From a candidate division FCPU426 bacterium (lineage in GTDB: Bacteria > Oederibacteriota > JAAXVQ01 > JAUVAV01): DNA of 50,020 bases. Of the stretch, positions 37,864-48,129 are shown piece by piece. Location of the stretch: positions 1 to 50,020 of the forward strand of contig DAOWGI010000040.1 in NCBI GenBank assembly GCA_030637655.1, given 5' to 3'. Positions within the stretch are counted from its first letter, which is position 1, and each line of letters begins with the position of its first letter. The notes beneath the pieces are model-generated. The model ran no database searches, was not told the DNA's origin, and worked only from the letters and a program-made list of their open reading frames with translations. The translations under genes and the position numbers were made by a program.

Positions 37864-39565
37864 AATCTTTAATTTCCCCGCCGGCTTCCACGGGTAAACG
37901 GATAGTAAAGGTGCTCCCAATACCCTCCCGGCTCTCCACCTCAATTACACCTCCATGTTCATGGATGATGCCATAGCTGGTGGAAAGACCTAAACCGGTA
38001 CCGTATCCGCGCTCTTTGGTAGTGAAAAACGGAGAAAATATATTGGATAAATCTTCTTGTTTAATTCCGATACCGTCATCTTGATAGGTAATCAATATGT
38101 AGCCATCCTTTTGAGTCGTGCTGATCCGCAGCACACCGCCTTTTTCGGACATGGCATCACAGGCATTGTTGAGAAGATTCACAAACACTTGTTCCAAGCG
38201 GTACCGGTCTGATAAAATTTCCGGCAATCCCTCAGCATATTCAGTTTTAATCGAAACCCGGTGAAATTGTTTAAAATTAACAGCCATAGCCAGAGTTCCC
38301 TGCAAGACTTCTTGAATATTGGTCTTTGTCTTTCTCGGTTTTTCCTGACGCGCAAACGAGAGAAAACTTTTAACAATGCGATCAATGCGCTCCACACCCT
38401 CGGCCAGGGCATGAAAGACCTGCTTACGCTTTTTCTCATCAGCCAGTCCCAGTTCAAGCAATTCCAAATTCAAGCGAATTCCAGCCAAAGGATTGTTTAT
38501 CTCATGCACCAAACTGGCAGCCATTTTTCCCATACCAGCCAAATGATTGGTATGGATCATTTTCTCCCGGATGGCTTCTTCATTGGTTATGTCTTCGGTT
38601 ACCAATACCAGCCGATCCTCTCCTTCCTCTTCTCCGGATAATTTCACAAACACGCAGGAATACCGGATTACTTTTTTAATACCGGCAGGGGTCGAAAACT
38701 CCAGACGCCGGCCGATTAAATCCTCTTCACTTTCCAAGACTTCAATGGCTTCGCTTTGCAGAAAGTTTTCTTTTAAAATAGCCAACGGCAGAAAGGCGCC
38801 ACCGGCCGATTGGGGTTCCAAGGCATCCTCTGATTCCATTTTAAAATGCACTCCATTGGAATAAAGCACCTCCAATTTTTTATCAAAAATAACCACTCCC
38901 ACCGGAATACTGCGCAATATATGCACCAGTTGTTCCTGTGATTGCCGAGCTACCCGGTCAGCATGTTTCCATTCTTCGACTTTCTGCTCTACCCGGATAT
39001 TCAAAGTCCGGTTGAGTTCCCGCAAATGCGCTTCTTGTCGTCGCTTCACCTGTACCACGCCGGTACCTAAAATAATGATCAGCAAGTAATAAACAACAAC
39101 CACTGTAATTACAAACGGCACGTCAATGCCAATATTTTTGACGGCAGCTAAAAATCCGGTCCCGGGAATAAATATAAATGCCATAGCGCAGCATAAAATA
39201 ATCGTATCCACCACCACCACAGTTGGCCAGGGCATGAGAATTATGTTGAAAATTATGATAAACGTGTAGACCATCAAAACAGTGATTACGAGATATTGCT
39301 GGGAATGCAAATACGCGGCAATGTTATTAAAAACCAAATGGCAGGCAACAAAGAGATTGACACCAAATTTATAATTCTTTTCAGAAATAGCTATAAACAG
39401 CCCTGCTGAATATATCAAAGAAATTCCAATAATACCATACATCCACCACAACTTACCCGCAGAAACAAAATTATGCTCAAGAGGCAAAAATGCCAAAGGG
39501 GCCACAAAAGTCAACACTAAGCAAATCCGGAACAATCTGAATTCTTGCGACGATATTTCACTCAC
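37856..39565 (-). CDS. Membrane sensor histidine kinase (about 6 TM, PAS-like, NtrB-type core)
   Basis: LVHEINNPL, VNLLNNACDAM, DDGIGI, FSPFFTTK, GTGLGL; GTG start at 39565 in a GTGA overlap with the upstream gene. Confidence 0.92.
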   Translation of the reverse strand: MSEISSQEFRLFRICLVLTFVAPLAFLPLEHNFVSAGKLWWMYGIIGISLIYSAGLFIAISEKNYKFGVNLFVACHLVFNNIAAYLHSQQYLVITVLMVYTFIIIFNIILMPWPTVVVVDTIILCCAMAFIFIPGTGFLAAVKNIGIDVPFVITVVVVYYLLIIILGTGVVQVKRRQEAHLRELNRTLNIRVEQKVEEWKHADRVARQSQEQLVHILRSIPVGVVIFDKKLEVLYSNGVHFKMESEDALEPQSAGGAFLPLAILKENFLQSEAIEVLESEEDLIGRRLEFSTPAGIKKVIRYSCVFVKLSGEEEGEDRLVLVTEDITNEEAIREKMIHTNHLAGMGKMAASLVHEINNPLAGIRLNLELLELGLADEKKRKQVFHALAEGVERIDRIVKSFLSFARQEKPRKTKTNIQEVLQGTLAMAVNFKQFHRVSIKTEYAEGLPEILSDRYRLEQVFVNLLNNACDAMSEKGGVLRISTTQKDGYILITYQDDGIGIKQEDLSNIFSPFFTTKERGYGTGLGLSTSYGIIHEHGGVIEVESREGIGSTFTIRLPVEAGGEIKDYV

Positions 39566-40101
39566 AATCTTCCAACCCTTTTCCAAAACCGAACTGTATT
39601 TAACACCGCCAACACAAAAACAACCGCACAAATTAAGCCTTCAAGAGGGTATTGAATAATTGGAATAATCGTGTCCCAACCTAGTATTGAATTGTACTTC
39701 CAAACCTTTAATATATGCAATCCTAAAAGCTCATTACCGACCACAATCGGAACCCCCACTAAAAAATCTGTTGCCAGCAAACGCAAATAGCGAACTTGTT
39801 TTCCGTTCGGATCCTCGTGAAACAATTTATAGTAAACAATATCCGACAGCGTAATAATCCAAGCAAATACTATTCCCCAGCCCATAGCCACAACCAGGGA
39901 AACATCTCTCCAAATATACCATTGCAGAGCATAGGTCCATTCAGGCTCAGTAATTAATTCATTCGCCAAGCCTAAAACAGCTCCAGGTATCCATAAAAGC
40001 CAAAATGGTTTTTTTAGTTTGTATTGAAACGCCCACCAAGTAATAATCATGGTTAAACAGCCGGAAATTTCTCCGCGCCACGCAGCAATAATATCCCACA
40101 T
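39562..40101 (-). CDS. Membrane protein with two divergent lycopene-cyclase-like repeats
   Basis: ANELITEPEWTY..RDVSL and GNELLGLHILKVWKY..QYPLEG; all hydrophobic helices. Confidence 0.6.
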   Translation of the reverse strand: MWDIIAAWRGEISGCLTMIITWWAFQYKLKKPFWLLWIPGAVLGLANELITEPEWTYALQWYIWRDVSLVVAMGWGIVFAWIITLSDIVYYKLFHEDPNGKQVRYLRLLATDFLVGVPIVVGNELLGLHILKVWKYNSILGWDTIIPIIQYPLEGLICAVVFVLAVLNTVRFWKRVGRL

Positions 40102-40111
40102 ATATTTATTT

Positions 40112-40483
40112 TCACCCTTTCATACTATCCATAAAATTCTGAATCACACATTGAAATGCCACTAACGAGGGCACAACCAAAAAGTACAGCAAGAATTCTT
40201 CCAAAGGAATCAGGCCCACCTTGGGTCCCCAGAGTTGATTTTCGTTCCAGACCCACCAACCCCAATACAGAGCAATAGTTTCCGAAATATACATAATAAC
40301 AATAAAAACGAGCGAGGTCAAACTCAGCGCTTTCCAATGGATGCGTTTTATAATAAAAGGCAGGCTGATGAACACTTGGAGAAAAACACCCAATAGCCAC
40401 CACGCCAAATACAGTTGTTTTTTACCGTAGCGATAAAAAAAAGAACCGGGTTTACCGCTGCTTCCGTTCTCACTCAAAACCAT
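40112..40483 (-). CDS. Lycopene cyclase domain (CrtYc/CrtYd-like) membrane protein
   Basis: ETIALYWGWWVWNENQLWGPKVGLIPLEEFLLYF, the WxF/W...GxPxEE signature. Confidence 0.75.
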   Translation of the reverse strand: MVLSENGSSGKPGSFFYRYGKKQLYLAWWLLGVFLQVFISLPFIIKRIHWKALSLTSLVFIVIMYISETIALYWGWWVWNENQLWGPKVGLIPLEEFLLYFLVVPSLVAFQCVIQNFMDSMKG

Positions 40484-40491
40484 CCGCCCCT

Positions 40492-40830
40492 TTACTGTGC
40501 TGCCGCCTTCTTTTGAAAGGTCGCAATCAAACCGGAATATAAAAGCGGGATCATCCCAGCGTATGCAAACCAGAACAAGTACTCTTCAATGGGCACTCCC
40601 CAGATATCCAGACCCAGCAGACTGCCGTATTCCTCGGAAAATCCCCATGCCTTGAAAATATGCAAACTCACCAATTCATTGGCCACTTGTAATATCATCA
40701 CTAAAATGATTGTGATGATAGCGCTGGTTTTCCAATAGCAATCCAAACGCATCCATGCCCAACACACAATGACTATCGTGATGGCCCAAAGCCCAATATC
40801 CATAATGAAATACCACGGCCAATGGGTCAT
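40492..40830 (-). CDS. Lycopene cyclase domain (CrtYc/CrtYd-like) membrane protein
   Basis: NELVSLHIFKAWGFS..LLGLDIWGVPIEEYLFWF. Confidence 0.75.
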   Translation of the reverse strand: MTHWPWYFIMDIGLWAITIVIVCWAWMRLDCYWKTSAIITIILVMILQVANELVSLHIFKAWGFSEEYGSLLGLDIWGVPIEEYLFWFAYAGMIPLLYSGLIATFQKKAAAQ

Positions 40831-41561
40831 GCATTTTTTTCTTTGCGATAATTTTCATACAACGACACAGCTGCTAAAGAAGCGAAAATAAAAAAGTTCC
40901 AATCGTCCACCGGCACCTGCGGCGGAAAATGCCATCCCAAAACAGCATGATAAGACCACCAGTTTTGAGTAAAAGCAATCCAATTCCAAAAGAAACCAAT
41001 AATGGTCATCCCGAAAATGGCAAGCAGGGCCGGATTAGCGGCAAGGCGGTGTGTTTTTCTGAACCACAAACCAATACTCAAACCATTGAATAAAATCACC
41101 TGACTGATAATATACCAAGGCGCTTTTCCTAAGGTTAGGATCGAATAAACCACACAGGCCAGTATAATTCCAGTAATACCAACCAGAATCCATATATACT
41201 TTTTCCCAACCGGATTGGCAGCTATGTCCCGCTCGTGTATGGCAATATATATTAAAATGCTCAACGCGCCTCCCAGGGGATAAAACAGAATCTCTTCCAA
41301 AGGCAGATGTGGCAGGATTTCGATACCCAGCATGGTATTGGGATTAAATACCCACCAGCCACAGGAAGACACTGTATAACTCCAGAGATAGCCCAAGGCC
41401 ATTATGGTCAAAGTGGCTTTTATAAAAGCCGGTTTATCAATAATTTTTGATTTTTTCAACAAATAGGCAACCGGCAGGATAAAGAAGGTAATAATAGTAA
41501 TAAAATACCAGGGTGTTTTTCCAGCTTGTGTATTTACATTCTCAACTGGAGAATCCGCCAT
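40827..41561 (-). CDS. Tandem double lycopene cyclase domain membrane protein
   Basis: GWWVFNPNTMLGIEILPHLPLEEILFYP and NWWSYHAVLGWHFPPQVPVDDWNFF; ATGA overlap with the next gene. Confidence 0.75.
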   Translation of the reverse strand: MADSPVENVNTQAGKTPWYFITIITFFILPVAYLLKKSKIIDKPAFIKATLTIMALGYLWSYTVSSCGWWVFNPNTMLGIEILPHLPLEEILFYPLGGALSILIYIAIHERDIAANPVGKKYIWILVGITGIILACVVYSILTLGKAPWYIISQVILFNGLSIGLWFRKTHRLAANPALLAIFGMTIIGFFWNWIAFTQNWWSYHAVLGWHFPPQVPVDDWNFFIFASLAAVSLYENYRKEKNA

Positions 41562-41628
41562 AGAAACACCCCATTTCCATTTCAGTTACCGTTTATCGAA
41601 CTCCCCCCACTTTATAGACGCAAATACA

Positions 41629-41795
41629 TAGTAACTTACGTCTTAAATTCTTGCTTTTTTGGCAAGAAAATTACTCGCCGTAAAGAGCGCAAAGAATTTC
41701 TTTTGACAGGATAACAGGATTGACAAAATTTATTTAAAATCCCGTATATCTTGTTGATCCTGTCAAAGATCTTTGGTTCCGGCTTGTCCGGGTTA
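41629..41795 (-). repeat. Dispersed repeat family B, copy 1
   Basis: Reverse complement aligns along its length with 45303-45469 (TAACCCGGACAAGCCGGAACCAAA...GAATTTAAGA..TAAG.TACTA); internal TTTGACAGGAT / ATCCTGTCAAA inverted repeat. Confidence 0.85.
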
Positions 41796-41868
41796 TGTAT
41801 TTATAACATGTTTTTTCTAATTAATTATTATTATCGGCGATTACTTCTCTTATCTGAACCGAATCCAC

Positions 41869-43236
41869 TCATTCCGCTAAAGACTCCGGTTCGGGACGAA
41901 GGTCCGGTTTTTTTCTGGCCGCTTCCCGTTTGCTGCGACGTTCCTCAATCTCAGTTGCTCTTCTTCCTTCCCACCCGTGCTCTGTGGGTTGATAAAAATG
42001 CCGGGCACGGATTTTTTCCGGCAAATAATCTTCTTCGATCCAATTGCCGGCATAATCATGCGCATAGCGGTAACCTTTCCCGTATCCAAGATTCTTCATA
42101 AGTTTGGTCGGCGCATTCCTAAGATACGTCGGGACATCCAACTCTCCATACTCACGAATAGCCTCTTGCACCTTGAAATACCCTGTCTCCAGGGCATTAC
42201 TCTTGGGTGCCAGACTCAGATACACCGCCAATTCCAAAAGTGCCAGTTTTCCTTCCGGCAATCCGATAAAATCAAAGGCTTGCTGTGCTGTAACCGCCAT
42301 ACGCAAAGCATTGGGATCGGCCAGACCAATATCCTCACTGGCCATTCGCGCCAGGCGCCGAAGCAAATACCGGGGATTTTCTCCAGCTTCCAGCATACGT
42401 CCCAACCAATAGGCCGCGGCGTCCGGATCCGATCCCCGCACACTTTTGTGCAAGGCGGAAATTAAATTGTAATGCTCTTCACCGTCTTTGTCATAACGCA
42501 GCGCTTTTTGTTGCATGGCCTCTTCAGCCAGAGCCAAAGTAATGGTCTTATTCTTATTTTCTTTTGCCATGCCGGCAGCTAATTCCAAACCATTTAAAAC
42601 CGAACGCGCGTCTCCATGTGCCTTGGTAGCCATATGTTCCAAAGCAGCTTTGTGTATTGTGAGCTGCAATTCATCCAAACCCCGTTCTGGTGTTCCTAAA
42701 GCATTTTTTAATAAGCCAACCAGTTGTTCTTGATTCAAGGCGTATAATACATAAACCTGACAACGTGAAAGTAAGGCGGCGTTCACTTCAAAAGAAGGAT
42801 TTTCCGTAGTCGCGCCCACCAGAACAATATCTCCACGCTCCACATACGGTAAAAAAGCATCCTGTTGTGCTTTGTTAAAACGATGAATTTCGTCAATAAA
42901 AAGAATGGTCTTTCGATTATGATATTTAAAGAGATCTTGGGCGCCGCGCAGCACTTCTTTTAATTCTTTAATTCCGGAAGTGACTGCCGAGTACGACCGA
43001 AAATCAGCTCCGGTGTATTTTGCCACCAGCATAGCCAAAGTAGTTTTACCTGAACCAGGAGGTCCCCATAAAAGAAGTGAGGGTATTTTATCCCGCTCTA
43101 TGGCTTGGCGTAGAATCTTATTGGCACCCAGAATGTGCTCCTGACCAACCACTTCCTCCAGGGATCGGGGCCGCATCCGATCTGCCAACGGAATTCCTTT
43201 TCTATCCCGGTGATGCGCATGATCAAACAAATCCAT
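41869..43236 (-). CDS. rarA: Replication-associated recombination protein A (MgsA/RarA)
   Basis: [51 protein letters not shown]. Confidence 0.96.
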   Translation of the reverse strand: MDLFDHAHHRDRKGIPLADRMRPRSLEEVVGQEHILGANKILRQAIERDKIPSLLLWGPPGSGKTTLAMLVAKYTGADFRSYSAVTSGIKELKEVLRGAQDLFKYHNRKTILFIDEIHRFNKAQQDAFLPYVERGDIVLVGATTENPSFEVNAALLSRCQVYVLYALNQEQLVGLLKNALGTPERGLDELQLTIHKAALEHMATKAHGDARSVLNGLELAAGMAKENKNKTITLALAEEAMQQKALRYDKDGEEHYNLISALHKSVRGSDPDAAAYWLGRMLEAGENPRYLLRRLARMASEDIGLADPNALRMAVTAQQAFDFIGLPEGKLALLELAVYLSLAPKSNALETGYFKVQEAIREYGELDVPTYLRNAPTKLMKNLGYGKGYRYAHDYAGNWIEEDYLPEKIRARHFYQPTEHGWEGRRATEIEERRSKREAARKKPDLRPEPESLAE

Positions 43237-43435
43237 ATCTTTTACTCCTTACATAATTCATTATCCCGGCAAGGTTATGCGTCAAATATCATTCCGTTCG
43301 TATTCTCTCAAGAACAACTATACAGGTTGTAGGCATGTGGAAAAACGGGACAATTCCGAATAGCCGGCCGGCACGATCACGCATAGACCAGCTTAAGTTG
43401 TTGTATGCTGCGATCAACACAGCCAAGCAGCAAAC

Positions 43436-44755
43436 TTAGCTTGCATCCAATTCCGTATTCATTTGATTCATAACTAATCCGGTAATCAACTTAGGCAAAA
43501 AATAGGTCGATTTTTGCGGCATGGTCTCTCCTTGTTTGGCCAGATCCCAAATAGCATCCACATTCGGCAATCCCGGCAGGAAAGCAGCTTGTGCCATACC
43601 GCGTTCTACTGTCTGTTGCGCTTCTTTCAGATTTTTAGTATACCACACCCGGCCTTTATCTTCACCCGGACGAATGTCCAAAAGTTGATGCAAAATCAGT
43701 TGATTTAAGATCACCACATCCAAACGGTGATAGATCCGCGAGTGACGAGTCTCACTCGGATTATAAAAGGCTTCCAAATACCCCTGTTTTACTCGCATAA
43801 GATAGGCGTTTTTACCACCCTTTTCGATATAACCAATTACCGCGCAACGATTTTTCTTTACAGCCAGAGTTTGCGCCTCCCGCAACTGCTTGACTTCCGG
43901 TACTTTCTCAATCTCAAAATAATCACCGCATTTTTTCTTAAAAACCGTCCACTGGTTTCGAGATATCCCTTTCACCAGGCGGTAGACCGGAAGGATGGAC
44001 AAACCAGGATCATGAATTTCCGCCACACACATCATCACCCAATCCGCATCCGGACCAATCTGGTCGCGAAATTCCTTCTGATAGCGAATGGCCGTGAGAT
44101 AACGATGATGCCCATCGGCAATCAATAATTTTTTTCCTTGAAAAGCGTTTTGAATAGCCGCGATCTGGGTTGGGTGGGTAATCACCCATAGCTGATGTTG
44201 AGAACCGGACCAATCTTTCAGTTTGAGTGTTGGTGGTTTTGTCATCTGTTTATTAAACAACATGCGAATTCGCTGGGAGGGATCCCGGTACAATGAAAAA
44301 ACCGGAGAGAAACTCACTCCCGTCTCTTTCAAAAGGTTGAAACGGTCGGTTTTTGGGCCCTCATAGGTTTTTTCATGAGGCAATATTTTTCCTTCACCAA
44401 AGCGTTCCAACTTGACACGGGTAAAGATTCCGGTGAATTTTTTCTTGGCGCCTTCCGGATCAACATACTCGGTCTGCAAAAGATAAAACGCCGGTTTAGC
44501 TTCCGGCGCCAGTATCTTGGCATCCAACCATTTCTGCAAGATCTTTTTGGCACGTGTATAGCGGTTATTTTTCGCAGTATCCGTGGCTTTGGTTATCCCA
44601 TATTCCAAGCGGATAATATTCCGTTGGTGCGCGCGATAAAACGCCTTCTGTTCTTGCTCGGAAATAATATCATACGGAGGAGTAACCAAACGATTGATGG
44701 CCGTTTTCAATGCTTTCGTGTATCTGAGTCCGGTAAAGGGTAGGATTTTAGCCAT
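43436..44755 (-). CDS. DUF1015 family protein
   Basis: ILPFTGLRY, TPPYDII, ILPHEKT, IADGHHRY, MPQKSTYFLPKLITGLV. Confidence 0.9.
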   Translation of the reverse strand: MAKILPFTGLRYTKALKTAINRLVTPPYDIISEQEQKAFYRAHQRNIIRLEYGITKATDTAKNNRYTRAKKILQKWLDAKILAPEAKPAFYLLQTEYVDPEGAKKKFTGIFTRVKLERFGEGKILPHEKTYEGPKTDRFNLLKETGVSFSPVFSLYRDPSQRIRMLFNKQMTKPPTLKLKDWSGSQHQLWVITHPTQIAAIQNAFQGKKLLIADGHHRYLTAIRYQKEFRDQIGPDADWVMMCVAEIHDPGLSILPVYRLVKGISRNQWTVFKKKCGDYFEIEKVPEVKQLREAQTLAVKKNRCAVIGYIEKGGKNAYLMRVKQGYLEAFYNPSETRHSRIYHRLDVVILNQLILHQLLDIRPGEDKGRVWYTKNLKEAQQTVERGMAQAAFLPGLPNVDAIWDLAKQGETMPQKSTYFLPKLITGLVMNQMNTELDAS

Positions 44756-45243
44756 TAGGCATTCTTATCTTGTTTCTGTTTAATCCGATCTTTCCAGCTG
44801 GTAATCGCGACCAATTCTTCATTGGTGTTCCGGAGGCGCTGCGAAAGAATAGTAATAATCTGGGTTAAAATTTTGTGCGCTAATTTCAAATCCTGTTGCA
44901 GCATTTTATCAAATGGTTCTTTGGGAACCACCAGGCAGCGTGTTTCTTCCGTAGCGATAATGTTGGCGGAATACGGCAGATTATCAAACAAGGACATCTC
45001 ACCAAAAATGGCTTGCGGTCCAAAGGCGGTAATTAGTTTGTCTTTGGGTGAGCCTTCCATCTTCTTGGTTACTTTCACTTTACCTTTGATAATTACATGC
45101 AAAGCCCCCCCCAAGCGGCCCTCTTCCAGGATCAGGTTATCTTTGGCATAGAGCTTGATACGCGCGAGCTTAAATATTTTTTCCAGTTCTTCATCAGTAA
45201 GTCCTTCAAAAATATTGATTGTTCTGAGTAAGCTAACTTCCAT
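44755..45243 (-). CDS. Stand-alone cyclic-nucleotide-binding domain protein
   Basis: IFEGL, IIKGKVKV, IFGEMSLFD, no C-terminal HTH; start ATG 45243 (GGAGG RBS); TAATG overlap with DUF1015. Confidence 0.88.
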   Translation of the reverse strand: MEVSLLRTINIFEGLTDEELEKIFKLARIKLYAKDNLILEEGRLGGALHVIIKGKVKVTKKMEGSPKDKLITAFGPQAIFGEMSLFDNLPYSANIIATEETRCLVVPKEPFDKMLQQDLKLAHKILTQIITILSQRLRNTNEELVAITSWKDRIKQKQDKNA

Positions 45244-45302
45244 AGAGCGCCTCCAGCAAAAATACATTGCGCGGTTCTGCGTGACCGCCATCCCATCAAA
45301 CC

Positions 45303-45469
45303 TAACCTGGACAAGCCGGAACTAAAAACATTTGACAAGATTAACAGGATATACGGGATTTTAAATAAATCCTATCAATCCTGTTATCCTGTCAAAAGAA
45401 ATTCTTTTCGCTTTTTACGGCGAATAATTTTTTGCCATAAAAAGCACGAATTTAAGAACTAAGATACTA
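45303..45469 (+). repeat. Dispersed repeat family B, copy 2
   Basis: Inverted copy of 41629-41795; its right end coincides with the TAG stop of the 45467-45988 gene. Confidence 0.85.
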
Positions 45470-45988
45470 ATATATTATTTGCACCAACTCGAATTTCGTA
45501 AGCGGTACTTGTTTTGCTGCTTCCGGTGATTCCTGTAAATTTACTTGCGATTCCATTTGATAACTGGATTGATCCGGAACCCGATCAATACTCCCCAGTG
45601 CAACCGCAAGCGAACTTCCCACGGCCGCCCCGATAATCATCCAGGTGTCCGCCTGATGGAAATCCGGCGGAAATTTGCCTTGCACCATGGCATCTAAGGA
45701 CATCACAGACAGATAACTATACAAAGCAGTAAAAGGCAGCGAAATAAAAAAATGCACTTCAAAATCCTGAAACCAACTGTTTTCCTTATATTGAGCCATG
45801 TCCCGTTGTACTGTTTGGGCCGTGGGTGTAGTTCCATTATAAAAATCATCGCTCTGCTGCTCAATATCCTTCAGTTCCGTTATATCCGAAATCTCGGCAG
45901 CATAGATCGGCATATAAGGTATGGCGCCCAGTATACCTAACAACAAAACCATAAATAAACATTTAAAAAACAAATTATTTGATCTCAC
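45467..45988 (-). CDS. Hypothetical exported/membrane protein
   Basis: Signal-like N-terminus and two hydrophobic segments; starts 2 nt after the hisG stop. Confidence 0.7.
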   Translation of the reverse strand: MRSNNLFFKCLFMVLLLGILGAIPYMPIYAAEISDITELKDIEQQSDDFYNGTTPTAQTVQRDMAQYKENSWFQDFEVHFFISLPFTALYSYLSVMSLDAMVQGKFPPDFHQADTWMIIGAAVGSSLAVALGSIDRVPDQSSYQMESQVNLQESPEAAKQVPLTKFELVQIIY

Positions 45989-45990
45989 TT

Positions 45991-46860
45991 TTAAAACACA
46001 ACTTTATTTAGTGGATATTCAATAATCCCTTGTGCTCCTGCTGATTTCAATTTGGGAATAATATCACGCACTACTTTTTCATCTACAATAGTTTCTACAT
46101 CCAACCAACCCTTATCTGTCAACGGCGCCACAGTTGGTTGTTTCAAAGCCGGGAGCAGAGCCAGGACTTTTTTTAGATTAGTTTCCCGAACATTCATTTT
46201 CAAACCCACTTTCACCTCAGCTTGCAAGGCACCTTGCAACAGCATATTCAAATCATTAATTTTTTGCCTTTTGGCCGGATTTTTCCAGGCATTGTGATTG
46301 GCAATCAAGAGAGTCGCTGAGGATAAAATCGTGTCCACAATGCGAAGATTGTTGGCCCGCAAGGATCTTCCGGTCTCTGTCAATTCCACAATCGCATCAG
46401 CCAAACGCGGCGGTTTGGCTTCCGTGGCTCCCCAGGAGAACTCCACCTTGGCTGTTACTTTATGCTTGCGCAAATAAGTTTTTACCACATTTATCAATTC
46501 AGTGGCCACGCGTTTGCCTTCGAGATCTTTGACCGAGCGAATTTTTGATTTTTCCGGAACTGCCAAAACCCAACGCACAGGACGCAATCCTTGCTTGGCA
46601 TATATCAGTTCAGCTACTTTGTGAACTTTGGCTTTATTTTCCTCGGTCCAATCAGCGCCGGTCAGACCGACGTCCAATGCCCCGGATTCAACATAGCGTG
46701 GAATTTCCTGCGCGCGCACAAGCATTAATTCAATTTCCGGATCATCAATACGCGGATAATACGAGCGAGAGGTTCCACTGATTACAAACCCCGCCTTTTT
46801 CATTAAGGCAAAGGTTGATTCTTTCAAGCTACCTGCCGGCAAAGCTAATTTCAAAGTCAC
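45991..46860 (-). CDS. hisG: ATP phosphoribosyltransferase, long form
   Basis: [39 protein letters not shown]-terminal regulatory domain. Confidence 0.96.
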   Translation of the reverse strand: MTLKLALPAGSLKESTFALMKKAGFVISGTSRSYYPRIDDPEIELMLVRAQEIPRYVESGALDVGLTGADWTEENKAKVHKVAELIYAKQGLRPVRWVLAVPEKSKIRSVKDLEGKRVATELINVVKTYLRKHKVTAKVEFSWGATEAKPPRLADAIVELTETGRSLRANNLRIVDTILSSATLLIANHNAWKNPAKRQKINDLNMLLQGALQAEVKVGLKMNVRETNLKKVLALLPALKQPTVAPLTDKGWLDVETIVDEKVVRDIIPKLKSAGAQGIIEYPLNKVVF

Positions 46861-46981
46861 TTCAAACCCACCCTTTCGTAATATACCTTAAAATATAAGT
46901 ATCTTATATATCATTCTCAACACGTAAATACAAGATTTTTATTTAATTTTTGCTTTATAAGAGTTATAATTTTTGATATTT

Positions 46982-47019
46982 TTCAAGTAGGGGCATGGCG
47001 TGCCGTGCCCCTACTTGAA
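46982..47019. repeat. GTAG-type REP hairpin in the divergent hisG/rlmN spacer
   Basis: TTCAAGTAGGGGCATGGC-GT-GCCGTGCCCCTACTTGAA. Confidence 0.75.
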
Positions 47020-47088
47020 CACCGATAAAATGTCTAAATTAGTGCCATTCTAAGGTATCCCCGAATTTCGACAGGAGCATGAATCACA

Positions 47089-48129
47089 GTGAAAAAAAAG
47101 AATGTTTTTAATCTTTCACCCACTGCTTGGCAGGCATTCATGCGGGAATGGCAAGAACCTGCCTATCGATCTAATCAGATCATCGCCGCTGCTTGGAACC
47201 CTAAAATTGCCGACTTTTCTTTGGCCACCAGCTTGCCCAAAAATTTGCGCGAAAAATTGAACGTAACCTTTTTTATCCCCCGGCCTTTAGTACCTGTTAA
47301 AAAGCAAATCTCTGAAGATAAAACCGTAAAAGCACTATTTATTTTAGAAGACAAATCCAGCATTGAGAGTGTTGCCATCCCCAAAGATAACCGTCTGACC
47401 TTTTGTTTATCAACACAGGTGGGCTGCGCTATGGGTTGTAGTTTTTGCGCCACTGCGCAATTGGGCTTGAAACGACATTTATCCAGCGCTGAAATCATTG
47501 CCCAAATCCGCAGCCTGATTGCGCTTTTGGGCCAACAACCTACAAACCTGGTTTTTATGGGCATGGGCGAACCACTGCAGAATCTAAATGCTGTGAGAAG
47601 CTGTTTGGAAATCATCACGCACCCCAAAGCCATGAACTGGTCCCCGCACAAAAGTATTATTTCCACCTGCGGTTGGGTTCCCGGTATTGAAGCCATTACC
47701 ACAGCGCCACTCAAAGCCAAGTTGGCATTATCTTTAAATGCCGTGAACAACACTTTGCGAAATAAATTAATGCCCATCAACCGGCGCTTCCCTTTGGAAA
47801 AAGTGTTGCCGGCCATACAAAAGTACAGTCAAGCGACTGGAGAGCAAGTCAGCATCGAATATTTATTGCTGCACGGTGTGAACGACCGTTTGGAAGACGC
47901 TGCCTGCCTGGGACGATTATTAAAAAACTATAATGTAAAAATTAACATTATCCCGTATAATCCTGTTGCGGGTCTTGCTTTCAAACCACCCACAGAAAAG
48001 TCGCTGGCCGCCTTTTTACACGAATTGCGTAAAAGCCGGATCTTAATTACTCTGCGGACTTCCCGCGGCAAAACCATTGGTGCTGCTTGCGGACAATTGG
48101 CAGGACAAAAAATAAGGAAAACAGTATGA
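47089..48129 (+). CDS. rlmN: 23S rRNA m2A2503 methyltransferase (radical SAM)
   Basis: CLSTQVGCAMGCSFCAT, MGMGEP, C-terminal AACGQL. Confidence 0.95.
   Translation: MKKKNVFNLSPTAWQAFMREWQEPAYRSNQIIAAAWNPKIADFSLATSLPKNLREKLNVTFFIPRPLVPVKKQISEDKTVKALFILEDKSSIESVAIPKDNRLTFCLSTQVGCAMGCSFCATAQLGLKRHLSSAEIIAQIRSLIALLGQQPTNLVFMGMGEPLQNLNAVRSCLEIITHPKAMNWSPHKSIISTCGWVPGIEAITTAPLKAKLALSLNAVNNTLRNKLMPINRRFPLEKVLPAIQKYSQATGEQVSIEYLLLHGVNDRLEDAACLGRLLKNYNVKINIIPYNPVAGLAFKPPTEKSLAAFLHELRKSRILITLRTSRGKTIGAACGQLAGQKIRKTV

Noticed and set aside
39562-41561. Calling this a carotenoid biosynthesis cluster (crtYc/crtYd)
   Set aside because: No crtE/crtB/crtI nearby and the partners are signalling genes, so gene symbols were withheld.
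43240-43435. Possible structured ncRNA or small ORF between DUF1015 and rarA
   Set aside because: No recognisable RNA family motif, strong stem or credible ORF by eye; an Rfam/Infernal search would be needed.
47175-47816. Long antisense ORFs (213 aa here; also 13472-14059, 20276-20857, 12640-13167)
   Set aside because: They are shadows of well-supported genes on the opposite strand and show no motifs of their own.
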